From a virus (Duplodnaviria; Caudoviricetes): 57,994 nt of DNA. Below, in pieces: positions 20,513 to 30,582 of the stretch (the stretch's first letter is position 1; the number at the start of each line of letters is the position of its first letter). The position numbers and the translations under genes were made by a program. The notes below the pieces were generated by a model that worked only from the letters and a program-made list of their open reading frames with translations, did no database searches and was not told where the DNA came from. The DNA is taken from the IMG/VR virus record IMGVR_UViG_3300044971_003295, positions 1 to 57,994 of that record. One strand, 5' to 3'.

Positions 20513-21409
20513 CTAGCCTAGTTTGGACCATGTCTTTGGTCCAACGATTCCGTCCGGAAGAGTGATGTCTTTAAACTTCTTCTGGAAAGTAATAGTCGCG
20601 ACGTGAGTTGTTCTGTCGAAAACGCCAGTAACTGGAACGCCGAGTTTGCTCTGCAAGTACGCAACCGATGCACCCTTTGAACCGAGCTTTAGTTCTGCCT
20701 TGAATGCTGGCTTAGTTGCAGGAACTACAACTGCTGGTTTTGCTACAGGTGGAACTTCTGCTTTAGGAGTTGGGGTCACAGGTGCTGGTGCTTTCGCAGC
20801 AACCTTAGCTGCAAGTCTTTCTGCTTCCACTTTCTCTGCCTGTGCTTCGTTGTGCTCTGGTGCTGGTGCTACTGGGTCATCATCAGTTGCAACAACACCT
20901 GCAGTTGCAATGGCTGCTTCTTTAGCAATCAAAGCCTTGAAGAATGCGATTGGCTCAATAAAGTTCTTACCAACGTTGTTCCATGCGTAGCTCTTGCCAA
21001 GCTGGAACTCCCAGTGGAGGTGCTTGCCAGTTGACATGCCAGTTGTGCCCATCTTGCCAAGAGGAGTGCCAGCTTCAATCTTCTGACCAACCTTAACTTT
21101 GATGGTGCCCTTCTGCATGTGTGCAAAGTTTGAGACGTAGAACTTGCCGTCAATTTTCATAAGAAGTTGGACGTAGTAACCGAAACCGCCAGGTTCTCCG
21201 TTTGCTTGCTTGGTCTTAGATGGACCTGCGAATACGACCTTTGCGTCGTAGGGTGCTTCAATCCAGCAAGGTTCGTGCTTCGACCAGATGTCGGTTCCGT
21301 TGTGATGCTTCTTTTCTTTCGTGACAGGGTGGATACGCATACCCATTAGGCTGGTGACCTTGAAGTCTTTGCCTAGTTTCCCGTCGATAGGGTATTGTGC
21401 TTTAGCCAT
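20513..21409 (-). CDS. Endolysin: M23 peptidase with C-terminal peptidoglycan-binding domain
   Basis: HNGTD and HLH Zn motifs, P/A linker, LKLGSKG..V..LQ..L...DGIVGPKTW. Confidence 0.88.
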   Translation of the reverse strand: MAKAQYPIDGKLGKDFKVTSLMGMRIHPVTKEKKHHNGTDIWSKHEPCWIEAPYDAKVVFAGPSKTKQANGEPGGFGYYVQLLMKIDGKFYVSNFAHMQKGTIKVKVGQKIEAGTPLGKMGTTGMSTGKHLHWEFQLGKSYAWNNVGKNFIEPIAFFKALIAKEAAIATAGVVATDDDPVAPAPEHNEAQAEKVEAERLAAKVAAKAPAPVTPTPKAEVPPVAKPAVVVPATKPAFKAELKLGSKGASVAYLQSKLGVPVTGVFDRTTHVATITFQKKFKDITLPDGIVGPKTWSKLG

Positions 21410-21451
21410 TAATAATCCTTATGTAATAGGGGTAATCTAATTCTAAACCTT

Positions 21452-21655
21452 TTACAGATTGGCTATTTCCCTGTTGGCATACTCTCTGCGATAAGTACCA
21501 ATGAAAGAGCGCTGATAAGTCTCGAACTCTACGCGTGTGTGTGGTCGAACTCTATAATACTCTTTGGCAGAGTTATAGGCCATTTCCGCTAGTTCTTTCT
21601 TATCAGGCTCATTCATAAGTCTGAAGTATCTAATTATCTGCTTTACTGTCTTCAT
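21452..21655 (-). CDS. Hypothetical protein
   Basis: AGGAG RBS. Confidence 0.55.
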   Translation of the reverse strand: MKTVKQIIRYFRLMNEPDKKELAEMAYNSAKEYYRVRPHTRVEFETYQRSFIGTYRREYANREIANL

Positions 21656-21796
21656 TTGTTTCTCTCTCCTCTATATAGGTTATAACGAATTTAATTCGCT
21701 TAAGCCACCAAAATTTTCTCCCCTGTAAAGCCTCTAACTTCCCTAACTCGTAATGTGCTTCTGCCCATAGTTGCTCGGTAGTTTTTGGCATTCAGG

Positions 21797-22039
21797 TTAC
21801 TTTTCCTTCTTGTTAGCCTTGCGTTGTTTGGGAGTTCCGTCGTAGACGAAACCGTCTTTGTCGCCGTCTTTTGGTTCGGCTGGATTTCTTAGCGGATAGG
21901 TCGCTACCCATACTGCGAGGGTGCCCATAATGCAGTAGCCAACGATGGTCTTTGCAGACCCTTCGAGAACTACCCACGCTACGAACATACCTAGCAGAGT
22001 CCATGCTTGACCTAATAGGTCGTTAATGAATTTCTTCAT
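21797..22039 (-). CDS. Two-TM membrane protein (possible holin)
   Basis: Two hydrophobic helices with a charged tail; near the endolysin. Confidence 0.6.
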   Translation of the reverse strand: MKKFINDLLGQAWTLLGMFVAWVVLEGSAKTIVGYCIMGTLAVWVATYPLRNPAEPKDGDKDGFVYDGTPKQRKANKKEK

Positions 22040-24612
22040 TAGTTGCTCCTTCTTGGTGTGTTTGATGTGCTTGCTGATGCTGATGCGCTTGCTGAGGCCG
22101 CGGCTGAAGCGGCTGATGCTGCGGCTGCTTGTACTGCTTGAACCGCGGCTCCAGTTGCGATAACCGACGCAATAACTGTCTTTTCCGCTTCTTCACGAAC
22201 TGCTGGTGCCATGTCAGCACCAATGTTTCCTAGGTCATTGAATGCTTCTAGAACTGCCGCTGCTGTTTCTCCAAGGAGAGGAATGGCTGCAAGTTCTGAT
22301 GGGATTTGTGGGTCGTCTGCCTGAGCAGCAACTGCTAGTGCTTCTAGTGCTTGCTGGTACTCTGGTGAGCCTTGCTCTGCGGACTCAAGGACTGCCTCTG
22401 CTTCGGTAACAAGTTCTTCAACTTGTTCTTCGCTTAGTTCTCTAGGGTCGCCTTCAGGAATCTCTGGAGCCTTAGGCTCTTCTGGCTCATACTCTGGGAT
22501 GGAGTCGAGCTCGTCCTGTGCAATGTCTACTGCATCCTGAGCCTTTTCGACGTCAGTTTGAGCTGACTGCTCGTCTGCATCTGAGTCGTTGAAAGTTGTT
22601 TCAGCCTCTTGGAAATTCTCTAGGGCTACGTCGTAGTCTCCCTTGATGGAGTCGACGTCTGATGAAACTTCGTCAAAAGATTCTTGAGCTGCTGTGAATT
22701 TAGATCCGGCTGTTTCATAGACTTCTAATGAAGCTTCGTAAGAAGTACGCTTAATAATACTAGTATTTTCTAGATTTGTCAAGTCGGCTTCTTCAGTATT
22801 GAAGGTTGCTAAGGCTTCTTCGTAAGAAGTCTGTGCGGCCGTAAGCTCCTCCTCTTTGTCTTGCGCGGCTTTATTAGAAGTTGAGGCGGCGGCCGTGGCG
22901 GTGGCTAAGTTTTGCTGGGCAGTTTGTTCTGCTTGCTGGGCGGAAGTTAGGTTAGCCTCACTGGATTGAACAACTAACAGAAGCGCGGGGTCCTTGATGA
23001 ATTGTGGTTCTGCGGTGGAGTAAGTCAGGGTTCCAACTAGACGCTTATACGAACCACCGCAAGAGTCGCCCCAAACGCCGTTGTCGGCAGCAAGGGTGAT
23101 AGTGTTTCCGCCTAAGGTGGGGGAAACGTTAGTTCCGCAGGATGGGTTGTCAATAGCCTCGTAGCGTAGGTTGCTTGAGATAAAGGTTCCGCCGTTGGGG
23201 GCGGTGTAGGTTGACTCTCCACCCTCGTTGATGTTAACTTGCATGGTTCCAGTTGTGGTTGAACCTTGGGTCGAACCTGTAATCCAGCCTAAGGTGAAAC
23301 GAACGTTGTTGGCTGCAGGGCCGTAAGTTCCTGCCCAGAATCCATTGTCGATTCCGTAGACTGCTATGCGAACTTTAGCAACTTCGGTAGTTGTGTTCGT
23401 GTTCCCCTGAAGGGTGACATCTCTCCACGAATGAACTTCGTTAGAAGTTACTGAGTCCTGGTGGATCAGGTTATTGTTTGCATCGTAGAAGTAGATGCGT
23501 AGGCTGTAGGTGTCTGGAATTGGCCCTTGATTTATAGAGTTCTGGTCTTGGTTCCAGATACCAACCGTGAACGTATAGTTGGCTATTTGTCTTGGGTAAA
23601 GCAGGATGTCCTGATAAACCTCTGTACCTATGTAAGAAAAGTGCAGGTGCCCTGGGTGAATCTCTGGCTGTCCGTTTTGTCCTGAACCGTCACCAATCCA
23701 CGGTGTCCCTGTCATAAAGTTGTTATCAGGAATTTGGTAAGAAGTTGGTTGGACGGTGTAGCTTGGCGCAACGTAGTTAGGGTTAGGAACCTGTGACGAG
23801 TTGTAGTTAGCCTGTGCAGTCTGTAAGGCTAATTGTGCGGTTAGGGTAGCCTGCTGTGCTTGGGCATAGGCAGACTGCTTTGTGGCAACGTTAGCCTGGG
23901 CAGAGGCTCTTGTGTTCTGGGCTGTCTGAAGATTTGATGTGGCTGAGGTTAGGTTGGTTTGGGCTGTGTCTAAGGCAACCTGGGCATCGTTCCTGATTTG
24001 CTCCTGCTGGGTCACTGACGCGTCAGCATCCCTCATATCCTCTGTGGCTGTGTCTAGGTCGGCCTTGGCTGCATCGAGGGCGTCCTGAGCCTCCTGGACC
24101 CTCTCCTGAGCTGTATCAACAGCATCGCTGGCTGAATCAAACTTGGCCTTGGCTGAATCTAGGGCATCTTGGGCTTTGTCTAGGGCAGACTGATTTCTTA
24201 TTTTTAATGCTTGCGCTAAGCTGAGGTCTGTGGTAGCCTTACTAAGTTGAGCCTTAGCCTCTGCCAATTTGGTACTTGCTTTGGCAAGCATATCTTGATA
24301 TTCTTGTTCAGAAGAAGGAGCATTAAAAAATGGAAATCTCGTTTGTGATTGAGTGGGCGTCTGTCCTAATAGGCTTTGTATTAGGGTTGTTGACGTTCTT
24401 TGTTGGTGCAGTGGTAGTTGCTTATCGTATGAAGAAGTCTGAGCTTTCTGAGGTATATAAGGCCTCTGGAAAGCAGAAGAAGTAGAGGCTGTAGCTGCCT
24501 GTGCGCATAGCAGAGGGTAGCAGAATAAAAGGGTCGCAGTCAGTATCTGTGGCCCTTTTAGCGTCTTTCTTGGCTTCGGGTGCTCTCCCTCACCCTTGTT
24601 AGGGTGAAGCAC
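22039..24612 (-). CDS. Large exported coiled-coil protein with central beta-sandwich domains
   Basis: Signal-like N-terminus; A/Q/D-rich heptads flanking a beta-rich insert; hydrophobic C-terminal segment. Confidence 0.7.
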   Translation of the reverse strand: MLHPNKGEGEHPKPRKTLKGPQILTATLLFCYPLLCAQAATASTSSAFQRPYIPQKAQTSSYDKQLPLHQQRTSTTLIQSLLGQTPTQSQTRFPFFNAPSSEQEYQDMLAKASTKLAEAKAQLSKATTDLSLAQALKIRNQSALDKAQDALDSAKAKFDSASDAVDTAQERVQEAQDALDAAKADLDTATEDMRDADASVTQQEQIRNDAQVALDTAQTNLTSATSNLQTAQNTRASAQANVATKQSAYAQAQQATLTAQLALQTAQANYNSSQVPNPNYVAPSYTVQPTSYQIPDNNFMTGTPWIGDGSGQNGQPEIHPGHLHFSYIGTEVYQDILLYPRQIANYTFTVGIWNQDQNSINQGPIPDTYSLRIYFYDANNNLIHQDSVTSNEVHSWRDVTLQGNTNTTTEVAKVRIAVYGIDNGFWAGTYGPAANNVRFTLGWITGSTQGSTTTGTMQVNINEGGESTYTAPNGGTFISSNLRYEAIDNPSCGTNVSPTLGGNTITLAADNGVWGDSCGGSYKRLVGTLTYSTAEPQFIKDPALLLVVQSSEANLTSAQQAEQTAQQNLATATAAASTSNKAAQDKEEELTAAQTSYEEALATFNTEEADLTNLENTSIIKRTSYEASLEVYETAGSKFTAAQESFDEVSSDVDSIKGDYDVALENFQEAETTFNDSDADEQSAQTDVEKAQDAVDIAQDELDSIPEYEPEEPKAPEIPEGDPRELSEEQVEELVTEAEAVLESAEQGSPEYQQALEALAVAAQADDPQIPSELAAIPLLGETAAAVLEAFNDLGNIGADMAPAVREEAEKTVIASVIATGAAVQAVQAAAASAASAAASASASASASTSNTPRRSN

Positions 24613-24678
24613 TTGTAGTCCTTTTCTAGATTGTGTGGGGTGTTATACGTCTATTTTACCCTTTATTTGTGTTGGCTA

Positions 24679-24951
24679 TTAATCTTCGTTGACTGCAAGA
24701 TTGAGCAACCAAACGATGAAAGACAATACTGCTACAACTAGACCTACTGTGCAGTATCCGCTAAATTTTCCAAACCATGCAACGCAAAGTGTGCCGACAA
24801 TTAGGAGTGCAAGACCTGCAAGTATGAACCCCCCTTTAATTTTATTTTCGAGAGATATTAGGCCAAAAGCTATAATAAAAGGCCACCCTAAAATGGCTGC
24901 TATTGGTATAATAATTAGCTCTAAAGAGTGGTCGCTTGTACTTTTTCCCAT
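24679..24951 (-). CDS. Membrane protein (3 TM)
   Basis: Hydrophobic; AAGGA RBS. Confidence 0.65.
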   Translation of the reverse strand: MGKSTSDHSLELIIIPIAAILGWPFIIAFGLISLENKIKGGFILAGLALLIVGTLCVAWFGKFSGYCTVGLVVAVLSFIVWLLNLAVNED

Positions 24952-25246
24952 GGTGTCCTTTTCGGTTGTTGAGGAGATACTATCAGAAATCTAACATTTT
25001 CGACGTACATTGTCAAATCTTCATACCTTAGGATACTAGCAGAAAACTTTTTTGAAAATGCAAAAAAAGTGATAGTACCTCTAACTGAAATAGACTATTA
25101 TGACTATTATGACTTATATTCCTATACGCGTATGTGTGTGCGTATGGGGGTACCGTGAAACTGGTTCATAATAGTTCTAAAGTTAAATAGGTCTGTTTTA
25201 GTGTGGTATAGTTTTTGTAAGGTCAACCGAAAGGAAAAAAGGAAAT

Positions 25247-25708
25247 ATGGAAGACGACAAAGTTACGGGATTTAATTTTTTGGATGTGCCTCTGGCCGAG
25301 GCACTCCAAACTTTGTATGAGGTCGATAATGTGAAAAAAGGCAAAGAAGTTTGTGCCTGTGGTCATGCTCTCGACAAGCACCGAGATTTAGGAATCGGTC
25401 GAAGAAGTTGCGAGCCTGGGAAACAATATTGCCCATGCAAATCAGTCAAAGCAGTTCTGAGAACATCGGACACGAGGTTCTTCCTTCGGAAGACCATCGG
25501 TGGTGGAGCATTACACGCTTTGGTGATGGGAGTAGCGTCTGCTACAAAAGCCGGAGCCGATGTAGAATGGTTAGTAGAGATGAAGTGCGAGAAGTGCGGA
25601 ACTGCCGGACCAGTCTCTCCAGTACCAACAACTCAATATGGGATTGTGGTTTCTGAGGCATCAGGCTATGATGCTCTGTTATGTGTGAATTGCAGAGAGG
25701 CTAGATAG
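25247..25708 (+). CDS. Cys-rich Zn-finger protein
   Basis: CACGH...H, CPC, CEKC, CVNC; GAAAGGA RBS. Confidence 0.7.
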   Translation: MEDDKVTGFNFLDVPLAEALQTLYEVDNVKKGKEVCACGHALDKHRDLGIGRRSCEPGKQYCPCKSVKAVLRTSDTRFFLRKTIGGGALHALVMGVASATKAGADVEWLVEMKCEKCGTAGPVSPVPTTQYGIVVSEASGYDALLCVNCREAR

Positions 25709-25712
25709 AGCA

Positions 25713-25946
25713 ATGCTAGACAACGAAATTGAACGTCTACGCAAGTGTCCATCCTGTGATGGCGAAGGTCGTCAATGGGATACTCATGTCAAGGACTACA
25801 CAATCTCTTGCGCTAATTGTGCAGGTGAGGGAGCTGTCTGCGGCAACTGCTACAAAGATGTCTTTACCTGCGATGGCGAAGATGTTTGTTGGGAATTGGA
25901 CAAGGACGAGATTTTCGAGTACTATCCAGATGAAGAAGAAGAATAG
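25713..25946 (+). CDS. DnaJ-type Zn-finger small protein
   Basis: CPSCDGEG, CANCAGEG. Confidence 0.65.
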   Translation: MLDNEIERLRKCPSCDGEGRQWDTHVKDYTISCANCAGEGAVCGNCYKDVFTCDGEDVCWELDKDEIFEYYPDEEEE

Positions 25947-25954
25947 GAACTGAA

Positions 25955-26269
25955 ATGGAAGAGCAACCGTCACGTAAAAAGCGTCGCAGTCGGACAGAGA
26001 TTCTGATTGACGATGCCATGAGCAATATCGAGCATGTGGAAGTCCAAACCGACTTCGGCGTTCTCAAGATTCTGTCTATGGGGGAAATGCCAATCGACCA
26101 AATGGTCATGTTCTCTCGTTCAGACAATGACGAGAAAATGCCAATCATGTTGGACTTTATCAAAATGTGCTTGGTAAATCCAGAAGATTGGGCTAAGATT
26201 GAAGAGCAACCTTTTGGTAAGGTGAATGGTATCCTCAAGCAGTGGATGGAAAAGAGTAGCGGAATTTAG
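25955..26269 (+). CDS. Hypothetical protein
   Basis: ORF with AGGA RBS. Confidence 0.6.
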   Translation: MEEQPSRKKRRSRTEILIDDAMSNIEHVEVQTDFGVLKILSMGEMPIDQMVMFSRSDNDEKMPIMLDFIKMCLVNPEDWAKIEEQPFGKVNGILKQWMEKSSGI

Positions 26270-26466
26270 TGAGCGACTCTGAAAGCAGAGTCTGTGGATG
26301 GTGCATGACTGGGTATCACGAATCCTGCAAACCAAAGATTGAGTTCTACGAAAAAGTGTGGTACTGTTACTGCACCAAATGCGACAATGACACAACGACA
26401 AAAGGAACAGATGAAAATGAGCAATCGTCTACAGAACCTCTTCTGGAAACTAACTCGGAAGAATAA
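26269..26466 (+). CDS. Small Cys/His-rich protein
   Basis: CGWC..G.H..C...C.C..C. Confidence 0.6.
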   Translation: MSDSESRVCGWCMTGYHESCKPKIEFYEKVWYCYCTKCDNDTTTKGTDENEQSSTEPLLETNSEE

Positions 26467-26514
26467 GCCAAAACCATACGAGCATGGTCCTCGTTTTCTA
26501 GTAAGGAATGACAA

Positions 26515-26733
26515 GTGAATTTTTTCACCAACTGGTTCAAGAAAGAGCCAACTACCAAAAAGCAATTTAAGCATGAAGAGCAGAGCCTAGAAACTTTGCT
26601 CTCGGTGAACGACAACGGCTGTTGCAAAACAGAAAAGGCTGAAGCACCAAAACCAAAGCCAGCACCAAAAGTTGCACCAGCAAAAAAGCCAGTAGCAAAA
26701 AAGCCAGCACCTAAGAAGCCAAAGGCCGAGTAA
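26515..26733 (+). CDS. Small protein with histone-like PAKK tail
   Basis: KPAPKVAPAKKPVAKKPAPKKPK. Confidence 0.6.
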   Translation: MNFFTNWFKKEPTTKKQFKHEEQSLETLLSVNDNGCCKTEKAEAPKPKPAPKVAPAKKPVAKKPAPKKPKAE

Positions 26734-26984
26734 TGTTGGTGACCCCAAAGGTCGCAGCGAACCATCATCAGGTCTACCCATCCATGATTAGTTACATGGC
26801 GCAAAGAGGCTACATCACAAAGCATTATATCTACGGCAATAAAAGAAACTACGCTGTGGATTTAGATGAAGTCACTCTGCAACTTGAGTTAGGCTATGAC
26901 CGAAAGCGAAAGCCTTTGTATAATCAAAACTGGTCTAGGCAACTACGAAACAAAGACGGCACTTTTGCCAAAAAGACACCATAA
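26733..26984 (+). CDS. Putative winged-helix DNA-binding protein
   Basis: TPK.AA....V....I.Y....G pattern. Confidence 0.5.
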   Translation: MLVTPKVAANHHQVYPSMISYMAQRGYITKHYIYGNKRNYAVDLDEVTLQLELGYDRKRKPLYNQNWSRQLRNKDGTFAKKTP

Positions 26985-27002
26985 CTGAAATCAGTTTTAT
27001 AG

Positions 27003-27050
27003 AACCCCCCGCGGAATCCAGAACCCTTGGATTCTCGGGGGTTTTCTTTT
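27003..27050 (+). terminator. Intrinsic terminator
   Basis: AACCCCC..GAATCCA/TGGATTC..GGGGGTT followed by a T-run. Confidence 0.7.
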
Positions 27051-27283
27051 GTTTCTAAATGGAAAAGTGTACCTGTGGCTCACCTCGCGCCCAAAAAACT
27101 TTTCAAACCACCCTCATAATGGTATTCGTTGGAAGTCTATAAAAGAGTTCCATCCGGAAGAGACGCCTACTTGCAACGAACGTTCGTTAGAAGTTCTAGC
27201 AGCCAGGTGCCCGGCCAGGCCATGTCTCTCCCCGCGGCCTGGTCGGGTCTTAACAATATAATAAAACGAAAGACGGCCCGTAG

Positions 27284-28216
27284 ATGTCCCAGGAAATTTC
27301 AACCGACCCCCTTTTTCAGAAGCCTGAAGAAGAGACGCCTATTATAGAAATCAATGAACCGATTAACCTACGTCCAGACCTTTCGGAACTAGGTATCGAA
27401 GAGCATGACCGTGGTATCTGTGAAGACTCTTACGAGAACCGTGCTGTCTTACGTCGAGCAAAACTAAATTGGATTCCTGTCTACGCAACTAACGGAATCC
27501 CAACCGGACTCATCCAAGCAGTCTCCGAAGAGATGTCGACGCAAAAACGAATCATGTCTCTTCATGAGAAGAAGCCGATCCTCGCGAACCCTGACAATAA
27601 GAATTCTGATTATATAACTGGACTTGACTTAATAGCCGAACCCGCGACAGACTACCTCGTACCACCTTGGGTGATAGGAGCAACCAGAGCATGGATCAAA
27701 GAACAAGAAACGGGACTAACGTCGGCGCGAAGGAAGCCGGCCGCACTTCCCATGAGATGTGCTGCAGTGAAGGAGGATGGGATCCGCTGCCAACTTTGGA
27801 CGAGCGGACGTCCACAAGATGACGGCCTTTGCCGCATTCACTTAAGAAGTTTGAAGCACCGGCCCGGAGATGACATCGAACGAGCTCGTGCGAAGTTGAC
27901 CCAAGCTGCACCGTACGCCGTCGATATGCTGGAACAACTAATGGACACCGCGGAATCAGAACCGGTCAAGCTGAAGGCAGCAACCGAAATCCTCGACCGC
28001 GCAGGCGTGCATGCAGGATTCGATTTGAACACCAAGATTGACGTTGACGTCCGGCCTGCAGCTAGCATTATTATGGAACGCCTCAACCGACTCGCTATCA
28101 ACGCAACCGACGCAGCGGCCCGCTTAGCGGACGCAGGGGTTCAACCGCAGGGTGACCCGAACATTATAGAAGCGGAAGTTGTTGAAACCGAGGGGACAGG
28201 ATCCGACGATGAGTAA
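27284..28216 (+). CDS. Putative terminase small subunit-like protein with CCCH Zn finger
   Basis: RC.A...DG.RC...GLCRIH, then a helical region ...SEPVKLKAATEILDRAG...IDVDV resembling many putative TerS proteins. Confidence 0.5.
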   Translation: MSQEISTDPLFQKPEEETPIIEINEPINLRPDLSELGIEEHDRGICEDSYENRAVLRRAKLNWIPVYATNGIPTGLIQAVSEEMSTQKRIMSLHEKKPILANPDNKNSDYITGLDLIAEPATDYLVPPWVIGATRAWIKEQETGLTSARRKPAALPMRCAAVKEDGIRCQLWTSGRPQDDGLCRIHLRSLKHRPGDDIERARAKLTQAAPYAVDMLEQLMDTAESEPVKLKAATEILDRAGVHAGFDLNTKIDVDVRPAASIIMERLNRLAINATDAAARLADAGVQPQGDPNIIEAEVVETEGTGSDDE

Positions 28217-28409
28217 ACTTTTAACGGACGCTCTATTAGAAGAGGCGACGCAGCTAGCTCAGCAGCTCCAAGATGACATCAAGTTAGCATCAACCCGCAT
28301 TGAGCATGTAAGATTAACAGCAAGAGCAAATGAAGCCGCGCTGCTTGCGGAGAGACTGAAGGAATTAAATAAAAATGACGTCGACACCGAAACCCAAGAA
28401 ACCGTCTAA
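28209..28409 (+). CDS. Small coiled-coil protein
   Basis: Overlapping ORF, heptad pattern. Confidence 0.55.
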   Translation: MSKLLTDALLEEATQLAQQLQDDIKLASTRIEHVRLTARANEAALLAERLKELNKNDVDTETQETV

Positions 28410-29184
28410 GCGCGAGCTCAGGGACCGGATCGTCCAGGTAGCAACTTCTTACGAAGGTTATCAAGCCGCAGCGGGATCCGCGGACATCTTCTCATCAAAA
28501 GTTGGGAAGCCCGGAGCTCACTGGAACGGAATCTACGTCGACGTTGTCTTGATGGAGGCAGGCCTCGAGCTCCCAACAACTCACGTAGCCACCGCGGCAG
28601 CGTTGAGGTATTACATGATCAGCGGCCGACTTCACACGAAGCCGAAGCCAGGCGATGTCGCCTTCTTCGTATTTCCAACGGACGGCGAGACTGGCCCGTA
28701 CAACCAGATGCACGTCGGGATTGTAACCGGCAGCGAGAACTTCTTACGAGACGGTTCGTTCAAAGTCATCGAAGGCCAGATCGATCCCGGCCTCCCGAAG
28801 TCTGGACTCCGACCAAAGAACGGCGTGCATGTACGCACGAGATATGCAACCGACGTCGTTGGATTTGGTCGGCCTGCACTGAAGCCAAAAGTTTTAACCG
28901 ATGAGCTGCAGCAGCCTGAACTTCTAACGAAGCCCGTCATCAAAGCCAGCATCATGAAACCGGGACTCAAGCACAGGCAAGTAGCGTTGCTCCAGCAGGA
29001 GCTGAAGGCAGCGAGACTTTTCACGGGCACGTACACAGGCATTCTTGATGCGAGGACCATGGCCGCCGTCGCGAGTTTCCAACGGACCATTGGTTACGTG
29101 GGAAGTGAGGCGTCCGGCGTGCCAGACCGCCAGACTTTGGAACGGCTAGCTCAGATCCGCCAAACTTTTAACGTAACTGATTAA
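28375..29184 (+). CDS. CHAP-like domain (catalytic Cys apparently absent) with peptidoglycan-binding domain
   Basis: P.PGDV.F...HVGIV...IEG...GFGRP CHAP scaffold, with WNG in place of WCA; C-terminal LQ..L...G.....T..AV..FQ. Confidence 0.7.
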   Translation: MTSTPKPKKPSKRELRDRIVQVATSYEGYQAAAGSADIFSSKVGKPGAHWNGIYVDVVLMEAGLELPTTHVATAAALRYYMISGRLHTKPKPGDVAFFVFPTDGETGPYNQMHVGIVTGSENFLRDGSFKVIEGQIDPGLPKSGLRPKNGVHVRTRYATDVVGFGRPALKPKVLTDELQQPELLTKPVIKASIMKPGLKHRQVALLQQELKAARLFTGTYTGILDARTMAAVASFQRTIGYVGSEASGVPDRQTLERLAQIRQTFNVTD

Positions 29185-29469
29185 AGCAGAGAGGTCGAGG
29201 GACCGGCCGGGAGACTCGAGCAACTTTTAACGGAGTTCTATAAAAAGATGAGAGCTGCGGGGATCCGGCCGCGGACCCACTTTTAACGGACGTCTACGTG
29301 AAAAGTTTCAGAAGGCGAGCTCATCCAGGGGGCGGAGAAAACACCGCATAACACTAAATCGCTGACGTGTCAAATCGGCGTGGTACACTGTCCCCTATAT
29401 TATTAATATAAGAAATAAAGAAAGACGGCGAGTCGGCCTGCTAACGCGAGAGGCCTGTAAGGAGAACCG

Positions 29470-29628
29470 ATGACCTTCATCGAAAGCAACTACGTCGAAT
29501 GTGAGGCCTGCTGGGGTGCAGGACGCCTAACCGATGAAGAACTCGACACGTGGGAGTGGTGCCCAGTGTGCGACGGTACAGGCGAGGTAGAGGTCGAGCC
29601 AGAAGACTCAACCGATGAGGAAATTTAA
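29470..29628 (+). CDS. DnaJ-type Zn-finger small protein
   Basis: CEACWGAG, CPVCDGTG; AAGGAG RBS. Confidence 0.65.
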   Translation: MTFIESNYVECEACWGAGRLTDEELDTWEWCPVCDGTGEVEVEPEDSTDEEI

Positions 29629-29662
29629 AATCATCAAATAAAAAATGTTTTACCATTAGGGT

Positions 29663-29896
29663 ATGGAACATTTGGAAATTCACGTCATCACAACTGAGTA
29701 CTCTGCTGAGTTGGCACTTGACGCTGGCTTGCTGGAAGAAGACGACACAGAACTCGTCTGCGACCACTGCGAGAAAAACCTTGGTAGCGACCCCGAGACC
29801 TACAAGTTCTCGCCTTTCTGTATCGCTATGAACGACAAAGAAGTCTGGTTCGTCTGCCTAGATTGCTCAGCCCCGCTGATTTACCCCGCTGGCTAG
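29663..29896 (+). CDS. Acidic Zn-finger protein
   Basis: CDHC...CLDC. Confidence 0.6.
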   Translation: MEHLEIHVITTEYSAELALDAGLLEEDDTELVCDHCEKNLGSDPETYKFSPFCIAMNDKEVWFVCLDCSAPLIYPAG

Positions 29897-30004
29897 AACT
29901 TCTCACGAAGAAATCGTTTGTTTATACTTCTAAATTATCTCTCTACGCGAAAATCCTCGTTATCATTTCGTTATCAAACTTTCCACGAAAAGCCCTATCT
30001 CGAT

Positions 30005-30033
30005 TTGCTTTATGTCGGGGGGTAGGCGTAATG
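30005..30033 (+). promoter_or_regulatory. Early sigma70-type promoter
   Basis: TTGCTT-17-TAATGT; similar promoters have -35 boxes at 31705, 33952, 34681, 36876 and 37616. Confidence 0.55.
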
Positions 30034-30067
30034 TAGTCCTTGTTCAGTTATCAGAGAGGAAAACAAA

Positions 30068-30568
30068 ATGGCTGAAAACACAAATCCAAGTGCTACAAAG
30101 GTAGGCGAGGCTCTTTATTTAGAGTTCCGCAAGGGCGTAAATACTGCCCAAGTAATCATCACTCCCGAGGCTCTAACTTCGGCAGGTGTCTATGTTCCAA
30201 CTTCTACTTGGCGTAGGCAGATTTCACAATGGTCGCCACGCAAACAATGGTCGCTCTATACCCCAGAGGGCGAAGTCGTTAGAAGTCGTAGCGAGAACGC
30301 AAAACTTTCGGGTTCGCTAGGAATTGGCAACTCGTCTGCTGGTGCTTACGAGTATGCGACAGAGGCTCTATTGCCTCTCACCACAACACTCAACAACCTA
30401 ATCAACAACGAGTGGGCTTTGTTTGAGAAACCTATTGTTGTAGAGTTCTCGGAAGAGGACTTGGCAAACACAATCAACAACGAAACCCCACAAGCCCTTA
30501 TTCGCAGAATACTCCGAGTTCGCAAAGAGTTCGGTTTCCCAGAAGAACTAATCGCAGAAGAAAAGTAA
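30068..30568 (+). CDS. Hypothetical early protein
   Basis: GAGAGG RBS. Confidence 0.7.
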   Translation: MAENTNPSATKVGEALYLEFRKGVNTAQVIITPEALTSAGVYVPTSTWRRQISQWSPRKQWSLYTPEGEVVRSRSENAKLSGSLGIGNSSAGAYEYATEALLPLTTTLNNLINNEWALFEKPIVVEFSEEDLANTINNETPQALIRRILRVRKEFGFPEELIAEEK

Positions 30569-30582
30569 GAGAGGACTTTCTA

